Shown: one piece after another, positions 29,374 through 38,971 of the stretch
How positions within the stretch are numbered: position 1 is the stretch's first letter
How the letters are laid out: each line of letters begins with the position of its first letter
Assembly: GCA_011389885.1 (NCBI GenBank)
Contig: JAABTK010000012.1
Location: 1,371-65,370 of the forward strand
DNA: 64,000 nt
Reading direction: 5' to 3'
DNA from: Gammaproteobacteria bacterium
GTDB taxonomy: Bacteria; Pseudomonadota; Gammaproteobacteria; Chromatiales; Chromatiaceae
The notes under the pieces: model-generated
What the model was told of the DNA's origin: nothing
The model's input: only the letters and a program-made list of their open reading frames with translations
Databases searched by the model: none
Translations under genes and position numbers: made by a program

Positions 29374-30138
29374 CTAGGGCAGCTCGATCCTGGCCGGCGC
29401 GCCGCGGACAATCACCCCGGCATCCGGCGCCGGCGCCGCCACTTCCAACCGAAAGCCGCCGCCTTGGTCATTCGGGATCAGCGCCCAAAGCTCGCCTTGG
29501 CGACTCGCGCCGTCCCAAGACACCGCCAGCGGTTGCCCCACTTGCAGCCCGCTAGCGACATCCGCATCGACCTGGGCCGCCGCAATGACCCGCTTCAATT
29601 CCACTAACCGCACCAGCGGCCGGGCCTCAAAGCGATTGCTCACCACCTCGCCGGGGCGCACTAGCACCGCCAACACCAGCGCATCAAAGGGCGCCCGCAG
29701 CACGCTGTATTCCAAGTTCAGCTTGGCCTCGGCCAACTCCGCAGCCGCCCGCCGCGCCGCCGCCGCGGCCTGGGCCGCGTCGATCTCGGCCAGGGTCAGG
29801 TCGTGGATGGACAACACGGTGCGGTCGAACAGCTCGCGGGCGCGCTCCAACTCGCGATCCGCCTCTGATTTTAAGGCCTCCGCCTCCTCCATGGCGGCCC
29901 GCGCCTGGTCCAGTTGCGCCCGCAGCAGGCGCTGATCCAGGGCCGCCAACAGGTCCCCCTCGGCCACCCGTTGCCCGGGCGCCACCGCCACCTCCGTCAC
30001 CAGACCGCTGAGTGGCGTGCCCAGGCCCAAGGGCCGCATCCATTCCAGCACCGCGTCCAGCTCCCACGCCTGAAGGCTTAGGCTTTGCGCCATCAGCGCG
30101 AGCAACAGCCCCAGACGAATCATGCTTGCAACCTTCAT
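29374..30138 (-). CDS. Short HlyD-type periplasmic adaptor (membrane fusion protein) homologue
   Basis: 254 aa with a signal/anchor, a lipoyl-like half-motif, a coiled-coil hairpin and a beta-barrel. The start overlaps the tolC-family stop (ATGA). Confidence 0.65.
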   Translation of the reverse strand: MKVASMIRLGLLLALMAQSLSLQAWELDAVLEWMRPLGLGTPLSGLVTEVAVAPGQRVAEGDLLAALDQRLLRAQLDQARAAMEEAEALKSEADRELERARELFDRTVLSIHDLTLAEIDAAQAAAAARRAAAELAEAKLNLEYSVLRAPFDALVLAVLVRPGEVVSNRFEARPLVRLVELKRVIAAAQVDADVASGLQVGQPLAVSWDGASRQGELWALIPNDQGGGFRLEVAAPAPDAGVIVRGAPARIELP

Positions 30139-31454
30139 TCGATGTCCTCCGCGGATGGGTCGGGGGTCAGTAAGGATCCGGTCAACGCATCCAGGCGCGC
30201 CCAGGCGAGCGCGGTGTCGAACCGGGCGCGGGCTTCGAGCCAGCGGTGGTCCGAGGTCAGGGTCATGGAGTCGCCGAGATCGGTGCTCACCTCCAGGTCG
30301 TACAGGGCCCGGCTGCGATCCAAATAGAGTTCCCGGTAAAAGCCGAGCACATCCAGCTCCTGTCGCCGGGCCTCCAACACCTCCAGCTCCATCACCAAAT
30401 CAATCGCCGCCTCCCGCACCGCGAACTCCTCGGTCGCCAGCCGGGCCTGGGCTTGGTGCATGCGCGCCCTTTCGGCCGCCACCCCGGCATCGCTGCGGCC
30501 GCCGGTGTAAAGCGGCAGCTCCAGCACTAGGCTAGCGGTGAGGGGGTGTCGAGAGCCGGTTTGGCGGGCGTATTCGGCCGCCGTGACCTCGGCCCGAATC
30601 ACCGGCCCGAAGTCGTTTTCGGCGCGCGCCACGGCTTGGCGGGCGGTCTCCAACTCGGCGCGCAGAGCCTGCAACCCCGGATTGCGCTCCAGCGCCTGTT
30701 GCGTCACCGCATCCAGCATCGGCAGGGGCCGGTCGAGGGCCTCCAGGGGCGGCGTCAGCAGATTGGCGGAAAGCTCGTCGGGCCGGTTCAGGGCCAGGGC
30801 CAGCCGGGCGCGGGTGCGGCGCTGCATGGATCGGGCCTCGACCAATTGGCGGCGGCTGTCCTGATAGATCCGTTCCGAGTCCGCCAAGGCGATGTCCGAG
30901 AGCTGGCCCAGTTCGTGCCGGTCCTGCGCCTTGTCATAGTCCACATAGGCGATGGACATGGCCTCGTTATCCCGAGCGTAACGCAAATCCGCCAGCAGCA
31001 CATCGAAAAACCGCTGCATGATTAGGATTCGTCGCTCCTGGCGCGCGCCCAACAGACCCCAGGCCTTGCCGCGATAGGCGGCCCCGGCCGCGCCCTGCGA
31101 GGCCTCTGTGCGGCCGAAATCATACAGCCGCTTGCTCAGGGTCAGGGTGGCGAGGCTGTCGTTGCGGGATTCGTCGAGCGCGGTGTCGGAGGGATCGAGG
31201 TGCGTCAGCCAGGCCTCCATGCCGAGTTCCATCGCGCCTTCTGCGTCGGCGCGGCCGCGCCCCGCCTCCGCCAGCGCCAGTTCTGCCCGCGCTGCAAGCA
31301 ACGCGGGGTGGGCGTCATCGGCTAGCTCTAACGCGGCCTCCAGGGTTAGCGGGTCGGGCAAGGGCGCGGGCGCCGTCTGCGCCTGCGCCGCGCCGAACCC
31401 GCAGCACGCGATCAGCGCGCCGATCAGGCATCGCTTGACGAAATAACGGCCCAC
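30135..31454 (-). CDS. TolC-family outer-membrane efflux protein
   Basis: 439 aa with a signal peptide and two OEP repeats showing the characteristic coiled-coil/beta pattern. Confidence 0.82.
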   Translation of the reverse strand: MGRYFVKRCLIGALIACCGFGAAQAQTAPAPLPDPLTLEAALELADDAHPALLAARAELALAEAGRGRADAEGAMELGMEAWLTHLDPSDTALDESRNDSLATLTLSKRLYDFGRTEASQGAAGAAYRGKAWGLLGARQERRILIMQRFFDVLLADLRYARDNEAMSIAYVDYDKAQDRHELGQLSDIALADSERIYQDSRRQLVEARSMQRRTRARLALALNRPDELSANLLTPPLEALDRPLPMLDAVTQQALERNPGLQALRAELETARQAVARAENDFGPVIRAEVTAAEYARQTGSRHPLTASLVLELPLYTGGRSDAGVAAERARMHQAQARLATEEFAVREAAIDLVMELEVLEARRQELDVLGFYRELYLDRSRALYDLEVSTDLGDSMTLTSDHRWLEARARFDTALAWARLDALTGSLLTPDPSAEDIE

Positions 31455-31459
31455 CGGGC

Positions 31460-32002
31460 TCAGCGCCCCATTTCCTGCCGCTTGAAGCGGGTGAAGGACT
31501 GATCCTCGTAAACTTTATCCACCACATAGCGGCCCAGCAGCATGAACTCCTCGGGGCCGTTGGTGGCGCCGGTGAGGCGCGCGCGCTTGAGCGCCTGGCC
31601 ATCGAGGTCGAAGAAGCTGAATACCGGGGTGGCGCGCACCCGGTGCTGCTCGAACGCGAATTCCTTTTGAGTGGTGGTGTTGCCGTCAAAATCCACGATT
31701 TCAATATCACCCTCGATATCCACCGGGAAAATCAGAAAATGCGCCTTGAAGTAGTCCTGCACGTCGCTGCGGTTGAGCACCGTTTGCTTCATGCGATGAC
31801 AAAACGGGCATTCGTCCATTTCGAACATCAGCAGGATGCCGCTCTTGCCGGCATCACGGGCGGTTTGCAACTCTTCGGTGAAATCACCAAAGGTTTGGTC
31901 GAAAAAATGGGTCTCGGCGCTACGGCTCTCCACCTCCGCCAGCGCGGGGGAAATGGCCGCCAACAGCGGCAAAAGCACCAGTAGTATCGAAAAACGTCGC
32001 AT
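31460..32002 (-). CDS. Periplasmic thioredoxin-fold protein (CPFC motif)
   Basis: 180 aa with a signal peptide and FEMDECPFCHRM redox motif. It resembles SoxW/COG2143-type thioredoxin-related proteins. Confidence 0.72.
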   Translation of the reverse strand: MRRFSILLVLLPLLAAISPALAEVESRSAETHFFDQTFGDFTEELQTARDAGKSGILLMFEMDECPFCHRMKQTVLNRSDVQDYFKAHFLIFPVDIEGDIEIVDFDGNTTTQKEFAFEQHRVRATPVFSFFDLDGQALKRARLTGATNGPEEFMLLGRYVVDKVYEDQSFTRFKRQEMGR

Positions 32003-32202
32003 GCAGACTACCTCCTTACCCGGAAAACGCGCGGTTTTAGGCGCGCAACAAGAATCAGTACGAGACTGGAATCGCTTTTCAACCGTTAAATATGGTGTAA
32101 AATCGGCTCTAGCAAGACCACACGCTGTGTTTTATTGTTGTTCGAGCGATTATATCAGCCCTTGACCTGGGATGCGAAGCAGAACAAGCGGGAGACTCAG
32201 GG

Positions 32203-33861
32203 ATGCACAAACCGAAATTTTCCTTACCCCCCCTAGATCCCGCGGCAAGTCCCAAAACCCTGATCTGCGCCGCAGAGGTGCAGGTCCTGACTGCGAGCTT
32301 GCCGCTGGCCGACCCGCTCGCCCTCGGTCGCGCCCTGCTGCCGGCCCTGCGCCTGCAAAACCGCCACCCGCGCCGCCTGCCCGAACGCTTTGAAATGCTG
32401 CTCGCGCAAATGCCCCCGGCGCTGCGCATGCTCGACGCCCTGAGACGCTCCATTCGCGCCTACAACCTGGGCGGGTCGCAGCGCAAGGCGCGCGAAACCC
32501 ATGACCTGGCCGAGCGCCTGGTGCAGGAACTGGGCTACGGCTTCAAGCGCCTTATCGCCGAGACCCTGCTCGCCGGCAAGCCGGCGCGCACCGCGCACCC
32601 CGAACGCGATGCGGCCGCGGTGTATTGGGCGCTGCAATGCACCGCCCTGGAGCTGATGCTCGGGTACGCGGACTACCGCCCTGAATCCCCCGCCGCGTGG
32701 CGCGAGTGCATCGAACTCTATGTACTGGCGCGCCGTTTGGGCCTCTCCAAGATCCCGGTCAAGGACCCGCTGGAAACCCATTCGGAGCCACTGCACCCCG
32801 GGGTGGTGTTCCGCCGCATCTTGCTGCTGGCGATTTTAGACCCCTACTGCATGCGGCGCGGCGAGGTTTGGGCGGCCTATGATTGCCTCGGCGCCTGGGC
32901 CGGCCGGGTCAAGGCGGGGGCCTTCACCATCCCGACCTACAGCACAGGGCATTTTATCATCGACATCCGCGGTGACAAGAAACCCGAGGCCTACGACCCC
33001 GAGCGCATCCCGGCGGACGCAAAGCAGTATTTGATGCTCAACGTCACCCCGCTCAACGCCACGGTGAATGAGTTCGCCAAGGCGGCGGATGACCCCGAGG
33101 CGCGTTTGCCGGCCTGTTTGCGTCACCTGCCGCGCCGTGAGGCGCGCCAGTTATTGCAGAAAATGCTGGTGGCTTGGCACATCAGCCCGACACGCAAGCA
33201 CCCGCGCGCGAACAAGGCGGATTGGTTCTTTTCCACCTGCGGCATCACCGCGGTGCATCGCCAGCTCAGCCAGGCCTTGGGCGACGCCTGGCCGCCCGCC
33301 GAAGAAGAAGACGACGACGACGAATTCGAGTACGACCACGAAACCCTGGTGGAAATCGACCGCTCGTTCAGCAATGCCAGCGCCGCGGCGGCGGATCACC
33401 ACTCCTTTCGTTGCCGCCAATTCAACATCAGCGCCACCGGCATGGGGCTGGTGTTGTCATCCGAACAGTTCCCGCAGATTAACGTCGGACAACTGATCCT
33501 GCTGGAACCCGAACAGGCCCCGGGCGGCAAGTCGCACAAAATCGGCATCATCAAGCGCCTGCTCCGCCGGGAGGACGACAGCATCGAGGCGGGCATCCGC
33601 TTGCTCACCGGCCGCTGCGTCCCCGTACTGATCGAGGTCAGCAGCGAAATGGATGACCCCATACGCCAGCCCGCCCTGCTGCTGGAGCGCTCGAGCAGGC
33701 CCCCGCAGCTATTTACGCCGCACCTCATCTACCGACCGCAACGCCATTTTTACCTCATTCAATGCGACAACAGCCCGATTTTGGCCCACGCCGGCCGGCT
33801 GATCGAGACCACCTGCTGCTACGACCGCTTCGACTTCACCATGGATGAAGAGGCCAGCTAA
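32203..33861 (+). CDS. Hypothetical 552-aa protein with a C-terminal PilZ-like barrel (degenerate motifs)
   Basis: The C-terminus has NISATGMG (D/NxSxxG-like) followed by beta-rich sequence. No properly spaced RxxxR is present, and the N-terminal about 400 aa is unrecognised. Confidence 0.5.
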   Translation: MHKPKFSLPPLDPAASPKTLICAAEVQVLTASLPLADPLALGRALLPALRLQNRHPRRLPERFEMLLAQMPPALRMLDALRRSIRAYNLGGSQRKARETHDLAERLVQELGYGFKRLIAETLLAGKPARTAHPERDAAAVYWALQCTALELMLGYADYRPESPAAWRECIELYVLARRLGLSKIPVKDPLETHSEPLHPGVVFRRILLLAILDPYCMRRGEVWAAYDCLGAWAGRVKAGAFTIPTYSTGHFIIDIRGDKKPEAYDPERIPADAKQYLMLNVTPLNATVNEFAKAADDPEARLPACLRHLPRREARQLLQKMLVAWHISPTRKHPRANKADWFFSTCGITAVHRQLSQALGDAWPPAEEEDDDDEFEYDHETLVEIDRSFSNASAAAADHHSFRCRQFNISATGMGLVLSSEQFPQINVGQLILLEPEQAPGGKSHKIGIIKRLLRREDDSIEAGIRLLTGRCVPVLIEVSSEMDDPIRQPALLLERSSRPPQLFTPHLIYRPQRHFYLIQCDNSPILAHAGRLIETTCCYDRFDFTMDEEAS

Positions 33862-34167
33862 GGCGATTTACGGCAACAACGCCATCTAGGAACGCAGAGA
33901 ACGCAGAGGACCGCAGAAGGCGCAGCGATGATTTCGATTGCATGCTCGGTCCCAAGGCCTCCTTAGTAATGCCTGCCTTGCAAGCTCTAGCTTGCCGAAT
34001 GGCTCGGGCAGCTAGGGCTGCCAAGACGCGGGCTGTATTCCAGACGGCCAGGCAAGGCCGCAGCGGCGGACAGGCGCCCCGCCCTGGGACCCGTGGACGA
34101 TCAAGCCAGAATTCCTCCGCGCCCTCTGCGGTCCTAGGAGCCGCTGTCTCCGTTATCTGTGCGCAGC
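33862..34167. repeat. Foldback MITE-like element, copy 3
   Basis: It starts at the base after the stop codon with CGGCAACAACGCC..GGAACGCAGAGAACGCAGAGGACCGCAGAAGGCGCAG. It ends with CCCTCTGCGGTCC..GTCTCCGTTATCTGTGCGCAGCC. Confidence 0.65.
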
Positions 34168-34492
34168 CGGACTCGTCGCGCCCCCCGCAAGGCGCGTCAG
34201 GTTCCGCCTTTAGCGAACTGCGTATTCGCGTCCATTCGCGGTTCAACGGCCCGCTTCGCCGCAGTCCCGCACGAGTCCGAGCCATGCGCCCAATTCCTGG
34301 CACGAGTCGGTCGGCAGCAAAGGCCCTCTCTCTCGCCAAGGCGCAAAGGGCGCCAAGAAAAAAGCTTGGCTTCTCTGCGCCGGCTGCGGTTCTGCGCGCG
34401 CCCTGCGTTTCGCGGGCGCCGGGTTGGCGGACCCGAATCCGGCGCAGTCCGGCCATAAGAATCCCCGCCAATCGCCGCGGGCGAGCCCGCAA

Positions 34493-35803
34493 TCAGGGCG
34501 CCGCATCCAAGTCCCGGTCTTGCCGCATCAGGGTCTCCAGCGTCACCCCCATCCGCTGTTCGAGGTCGCCGCGCAAGGCCTCGAACAGCCGCCGCGCGCC
34601 GGCGTCCCGCCCTGCGTCCGCCAGCCCGGCGAGGTGTCGCGCCTCCGGCAGCACAAAGGATTCGCTGTGATAGAGATCCAGCAGCGTCACCTCATCCAGA
34701 TCCCGCGCCAAGGCCCAGCGCGCGCCCTCGGTGCGCACCACCATGCGCGCAGCGGCCAGCCGGCTCAGCACCACCTCCAGGCGTTCCTCCGGACCCACCC
34801 CAGCGATCTTGCCCAACCGCCGCGTGGACAGCGTCCGCCCCTGGCGCTGGGCATCCCACAGCCCCCCGAGCAGCCGATAGGCATCGATCAAATCATTGCG
34901 CCCCGCCCCCTGGCTGGCGGACAGCTCGTCACGGAAGATCCCCAAACAACAGGAAAACTCCGCCCCCAGCAAGGTCACCAACCAGGACACATAGACCCAA
35001 ACCAGAAAAATCGGCACCACCGCCATGGCGCCGTAAATCGCCTCATAGGCGGGGAAATTGGTGACATAAAAGGCGAAACCCCGCTTGGCCAACTCGAACA
35101 GCAGCGCCGCCAAGAACCCGCCCGCCAACGCATGCAACACCGGCACCCGCCGATTGGGCACCACCGAATACAAAAGCGTAAAGGCCACCACCGAGGCCAG
35201 CATGGGCGCCACCTTGAGCAGGCCGCCGCCCACGCCCTCAATGGCCGCCGCGGTGTCGGAAATCAGCGGAATCGTGCTTAGATAAGTGGTGGCGGCCACG
35301 CTGACGCCCATCAAGATCGGCCCCAGGGTCAGGATCGCCCAGTATTCCATGAACATATTGATCGCGCCCCGCTTACGCGTGACCCGCCAAATGCGATTGA
35401 AGGCGCGGTCGATGTTCGCCATTAGCATCAACGCCACCACGATCAAAAACGCAAACCCGGCGCCGCTGAGTTTCGACGCCTTCTGACTGAACGATTGAAA
35501 GTAGTCCATCAACAGCTCGCTGGAGGTGGGCACGAAGTTCTCGAACAAAAACAACTGCACCTTGTCCGCCACCCGATCCGAGATCGGAAAGGCCGAAAAC
35601 ACCGCCAGCACCACCGTCATCAGCGGCACCAGCGACAGCAGCGTGGTATAGGTCAGCGACGCCGCATGGGGCAGCCCCTGATCCTCCACAAAGCGGGTGA
35701 CCAGCAGGCGCAGGAATCGATACAGGTTGCACAGGGCCGCGGGCATGCGCCCCCGCACCCGCCGCAGCCAATCGCCGCCGGGCGGGTCGAAACTGATCCC
35801 CAT
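34493..35803 (-). CDS. yihY: YihY/BrkB-family inner-membrane protein with a C-terminal cytoplasmic domain
   Basis: 436 aa with AASLTYTTLLSLVPL and multiple TM helices. The start is uncertain; an alternative MPAALC start lies at 35746. Confidence 0.82.
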   Translation of the reverse strand: MGISFDPPGGDWLRRVRGRMPAALCNLYRFLRLLVTRFVEDQGLPHAASLTYTTLLSLVPLMTVVLAVFSAFPISDRVADKVQLFLFENFVPTSSELLMDYFQSFSQKASKLSGAGFAFLIVVALMLMANIDRAFNRIWRVTRKRGAINMFMEYWAILTLGPILMGVSVAATTYLSTIPLISDTAAAIEGVGGGLLKVAPMLASVVAFTLLYSVVPNRRVPVLHALAGGFLAALLFELAKRGFAFYVTNFPAYEAIYGAMAVVPIFLVWVYVSWLVTLLGAEFSCCLGIFRDELSASQGAGRNDLIDAYRLLGGLWDAQRQGRTLSTRRLGKIAGVGPEERLEVVLSRLAAARMVVRTEGARWALARDLDEVTLLDLYHSESFVLPEARHLAGLADAGRDAGARRLFEALRGDLEQRMGVTLETLMRQDRDLDAAP

Positions 35804-35863
35804 TCGGTGCTCTCGCCTCCCGAGTCAAGTAGAATGTCGCCAACCAACATTGTACGCAAATAG

Positions 35864-36481
<618 letters not shown>

Positions 36482-36484
36482 ACC

Positions 36485-37216
36485 GTGACTGCGGATCCTG
36501 CATACCCCAAGCCCGGCCTGCCGGTGCAACTCCCGCTGGGGATCCAATTCCGCGCGGCCCCCACGCTAGAACGCTTCCTCCCCGGCCCCAACCGCCAGCC
36601 GCTCGCAACCCTCAGCGCCATGGCCGAGAACCGCGGCGAATCCTTCGTCCACCTCTACGGCGAACCCGGCAGCGGCAAATCCCACCTCCTCCAGGGCGCG
36701 GCCGCCCTGGCCGTGGAGCAAGGCCTCTCCGCCGCCTACCTGCCCCTGGCCGAGCTGCGCCCGCACGGCCCGGCAATGCTCGATCAAATGGAACAGCGGC
36801 AACTGCTGCTGCTCGACGAACTCGACGCCATCGCCGGCCTCGCAGACTGGGAAGAGGCCCTGTTTCACCTGTTCAACCGCCTGCGCGCCGGCCAAAAACG
36901 CCTAGTGACCGCCGCCCGCCAGCGCCCCAACGCACTCGGCCTGCGCCTGCCCGACCTCGAATCCCGCCTCGGCTGGGGCCTCGAACTCCACCTCAAACCG
37001 CTCGACGACCCCGACAAAGAGGCCCTGATCCTGGCCGAGGCCGAACGACTCGGCATGCCCCTCGACACCGCCGCCGCCCGCTTCCTGCTGCGCCAACTGC
37101 CGCGCGACCTGCCCACCCTAATCGCCTTCCTCGACCGCCTCGACCGCGCCTCCCTAAGCGCCAAACGCCGTCCCACCATCCCATTCATCAAGCAACTACT
37201 AACCGCCGAAGCCTGA
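36485..37216 (+). CDS. hda: DnaA regulatory inactivator Hda
   Basis: 243 aa; a QL-type clamp-binding motif near the N-terminus (VQLPLGI), AAA+ Walker A GEPGSGKSHL and box VII. GTG start. Confidence 0.87.
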   Translation: MTADPAYPKPGLPVQLPLGIQFRAAPTLERFLPGPNRQPLATLSAMAENRGESFVHLYGEPGSGKSHLLQGAAALAVEQGLSAAYLPLAELRPHGPAMLDQMEQRQLLLLDELDAIAGLADWEEALFHLFNRLRAGQKRLVTAARQRPNALGLRLPDLESRLGWGLELHLKPLDDPDKEALILAEAERLGMPLDTAAARFLLRQLPRDLPTLIAFLDRLDRASLSAKRRPTIPFIKQLLTAEA

Positions 37217-37286
37217 CCCGCCGGCCGGAGCCCCGACCTCATCACCGTCCCCACGCTCCGCATATCATCGTTCCCACGCTCCGTAT

Positions 37287-37462
37287 ATCATCGTTCCCAC
37301 GCTCCAGCGTGGGAATATCATCGTTCCCACGCTCCAGCGTGGGAATGCAGCTTTAGGCGCTCTGCGCCGAAGGTGTCCGGCGTCAGCCGCCGAGCCCGGC
37401 CCGGCCATCGGCGCTGGAGCGCCCCGGGATGGGTTACCACGCTGGAGCGTGGGAACCATGCG
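37287..37462. repeat. REP cluster (BIME-like), left copy: two forward REP hairpins, a 115-bp linker and one inverted REP
   Basis: ATCATCGTTCCCACGCTCCAGCGTGGGAAT x2 ... TTACCACGCTGGAGCGTGGGAACC. It is preceded (37249-37286) by two truncated half-REPs and is about 96-97% identical to 38146..38321. Confidence 0.88.
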
Positions 37463-37585
37463 CATCGTGCAGGATTTCCGTGGACCGCCCGTCCGCGTGC
37501 AGATCCGAAGAGGCGTAACCCGTCTTCTCCCAGGGATGGTCTTTTACCATGGGCAACATCTTCTCCTTCTTGCGTAACCGAATAT

Positions 37586-38119
37586 TCAATGCCAGGGATC
37601 GATTTCGATCAACCCCTCCATGCCCTGATAGTTCCGGGCGCTCGAATAGCGCCAATGCTCCGGCAGATCCACAAACCCCCGCTTGACCGGGTTGTAGTGA
37701 ATGTAATCCAGCTTCTCCCGCATCATCGCATCGCTGAATATCAGCTCGGCGTGAGAACCCTCCTGCCAGAACTGATGCTCCCGATCCACCTTATGCTTCC
37801 GCTTGGCGAAGTGTAGCCGCTTCAGGATAGTCTTCGCCCCATAGTGTTGCAAAAGCGCGATCAGCCGCCCGGCGGTGAAGGACTTAAAGCTGGCCACGCA
37901 CTTATCCAGCCGCGGCGCCTGCGCGGCCAAATGGACATGATTCTCCAGCACCACATAGCCATAGAGCTTCAGGTCCGCATGCTCTCTTTGATAACGCCAA
38001 CTCTCCAGCAGGATCTCCACCGACTCCTGGCGAGTGAACACCGGCAACCACTCCACCACCGTCCAAGTCAGAAAGTGGGGCTTATCCGGCTCAGTAATTA
38101 CATAACGACTGCGGCCCAC
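37586..38119 (-). CDS. REP-associated tyrosine transposase (RAYT; IS200/IS605-like Y1 HUH enzyme)
   Basis: 177 aa with the HUH motif (NHVHLAA) and catalytic Tyr motif (LDYIHYNPVKRG). It is flanked by REP palindromes. Confidence 0.87.
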   Translation of the reverse strand: MGRSRYVITEPDKPHFLTWTVVEWLPVFTRQESVEILLESWRYQREHADLKLYGYVVLENHVHLAAQAPRLDKCVASFKSFTAGRLIALLQHYGAKTILKRLHFAKRKHKVDREHQFWQEGSHAELIFSDAMMREKLDYIHYNPVKRGFVDLPEHWRYSSARNYQGMEGLIEIDPWH

Positions 38120-38145
38120 GATTGCCTCCGATTATATTGGGAATG

Positions 38146-38321
38146 ATCATCGTTCCCACGCTCCAGCGTGGGAATATCATCGTTCCCACGCTCCAGCGTG
38201 GGAATGCAGCTTTAGGCGCTCCGCGCCGAAGGTGTCCGGCACTGGCCGCCGAGCCCGGCCCGGCCATCGGCGCTAGAGCGCCCCGGGATGGGTTACCACG
38301 CTGGAGCGTGGGAACCATGCG
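38146..38321. repeat. REP cluster (BIME-like), right copy
   Basis: It has the same three-REP architecture and orientation as 37287..37462 and begins 26 bp upstream of the RAYT start codon. Confidence 0.88.
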
Positions 38322-38410
38322 GGTGCCAAGCAGCCGGCGCCAAGCATTCAGAACTCAGCACTCAGCACTCATCATTGGCATGGCTCCCCCTCGTTCCGCA
38401 CGCAGCTGGG

Positions 38411-38971
38411 TTAGTCTTCGCGACGCCCCTTTTGCACCGCTAGGCGGGTCCATTTCCAGATATAGTCGGCGCCGCTGATGAGGGTGGTGAGGTAGGTGAG
38501 CAGGATGAGGCTGGTTAGTAGGGAGGCGGGGAGGTCGAGTAGGCCTTGGTTTGCCATTACGGCGAGCACGAGGACGATTTGCACTAGGGTGTTGAGTTTG
38601 CTGATGAGGCTGGGGGCGGCTTCGAGGTCGGCGATGCTGTAGTGGTAGACCAGGGCGCCGGTGATGATAATGAGGTCCCGCAGGATCACCAAAAGGACCA
38701 GGGTGATCGGCAGGAAGCCGAGCCAGCCTAGGGAGAGGAACGCGGAGACCAGTAGGACCTTGTCGGCCAAGGGGTCGAGCAGGCCGCCGAGGCGGCTTTC
38801 CCAGTGAAAGCGTTTGGCCAGCCAGCCGTCGAGGCCGTCGGACAGGCCGGCCAGCGCGAACAGCGCCAGGGCGAGGCCGAAGCGGCCCTCTACCATCAGC
38901 CAGACGATGGGCAGGGAGAGGAATATCCGAACGACGCAAATGCCGTTGGGGATGTCCCGCAGGCGCATCAT
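38411..38971 (-). CDS. CDP-alcohol phosphatidyltransferase family protein (PgsA-like)
   Basis: 186 aa with the signature DGxxAR..G..xDxxxD (SDGLDGWLAKRF..GGLLDPLADK). Confidence 0.85.
   Translation of the reverse strand: MMRLRDIPNGICVVRIFLSLPIVWLMVEGRFGLALALFALAGLSDGLDGWLAKRFHWESRLGGLLDPLADKVLLVSAFLSLGWLGFLPITLVLLVILRDLIIITGALVYHYSIADLEAAPSLISKLNTLVQIVLVLAVMANQGLLDLPASLLTSLILLTYLTTLISGADYIWKWTRLAVQKGRRED

Noticed and set aside
34180-34492. A TGGCAC-containing stretch (CCTGGCACGAGTCGGTCGG, about 34295) as a sigma54 promoter.
   Set aside because: There is no TTGC at the -12 position, and it lies within repeat-derived sequence with no downstream gene in the correct orientation.
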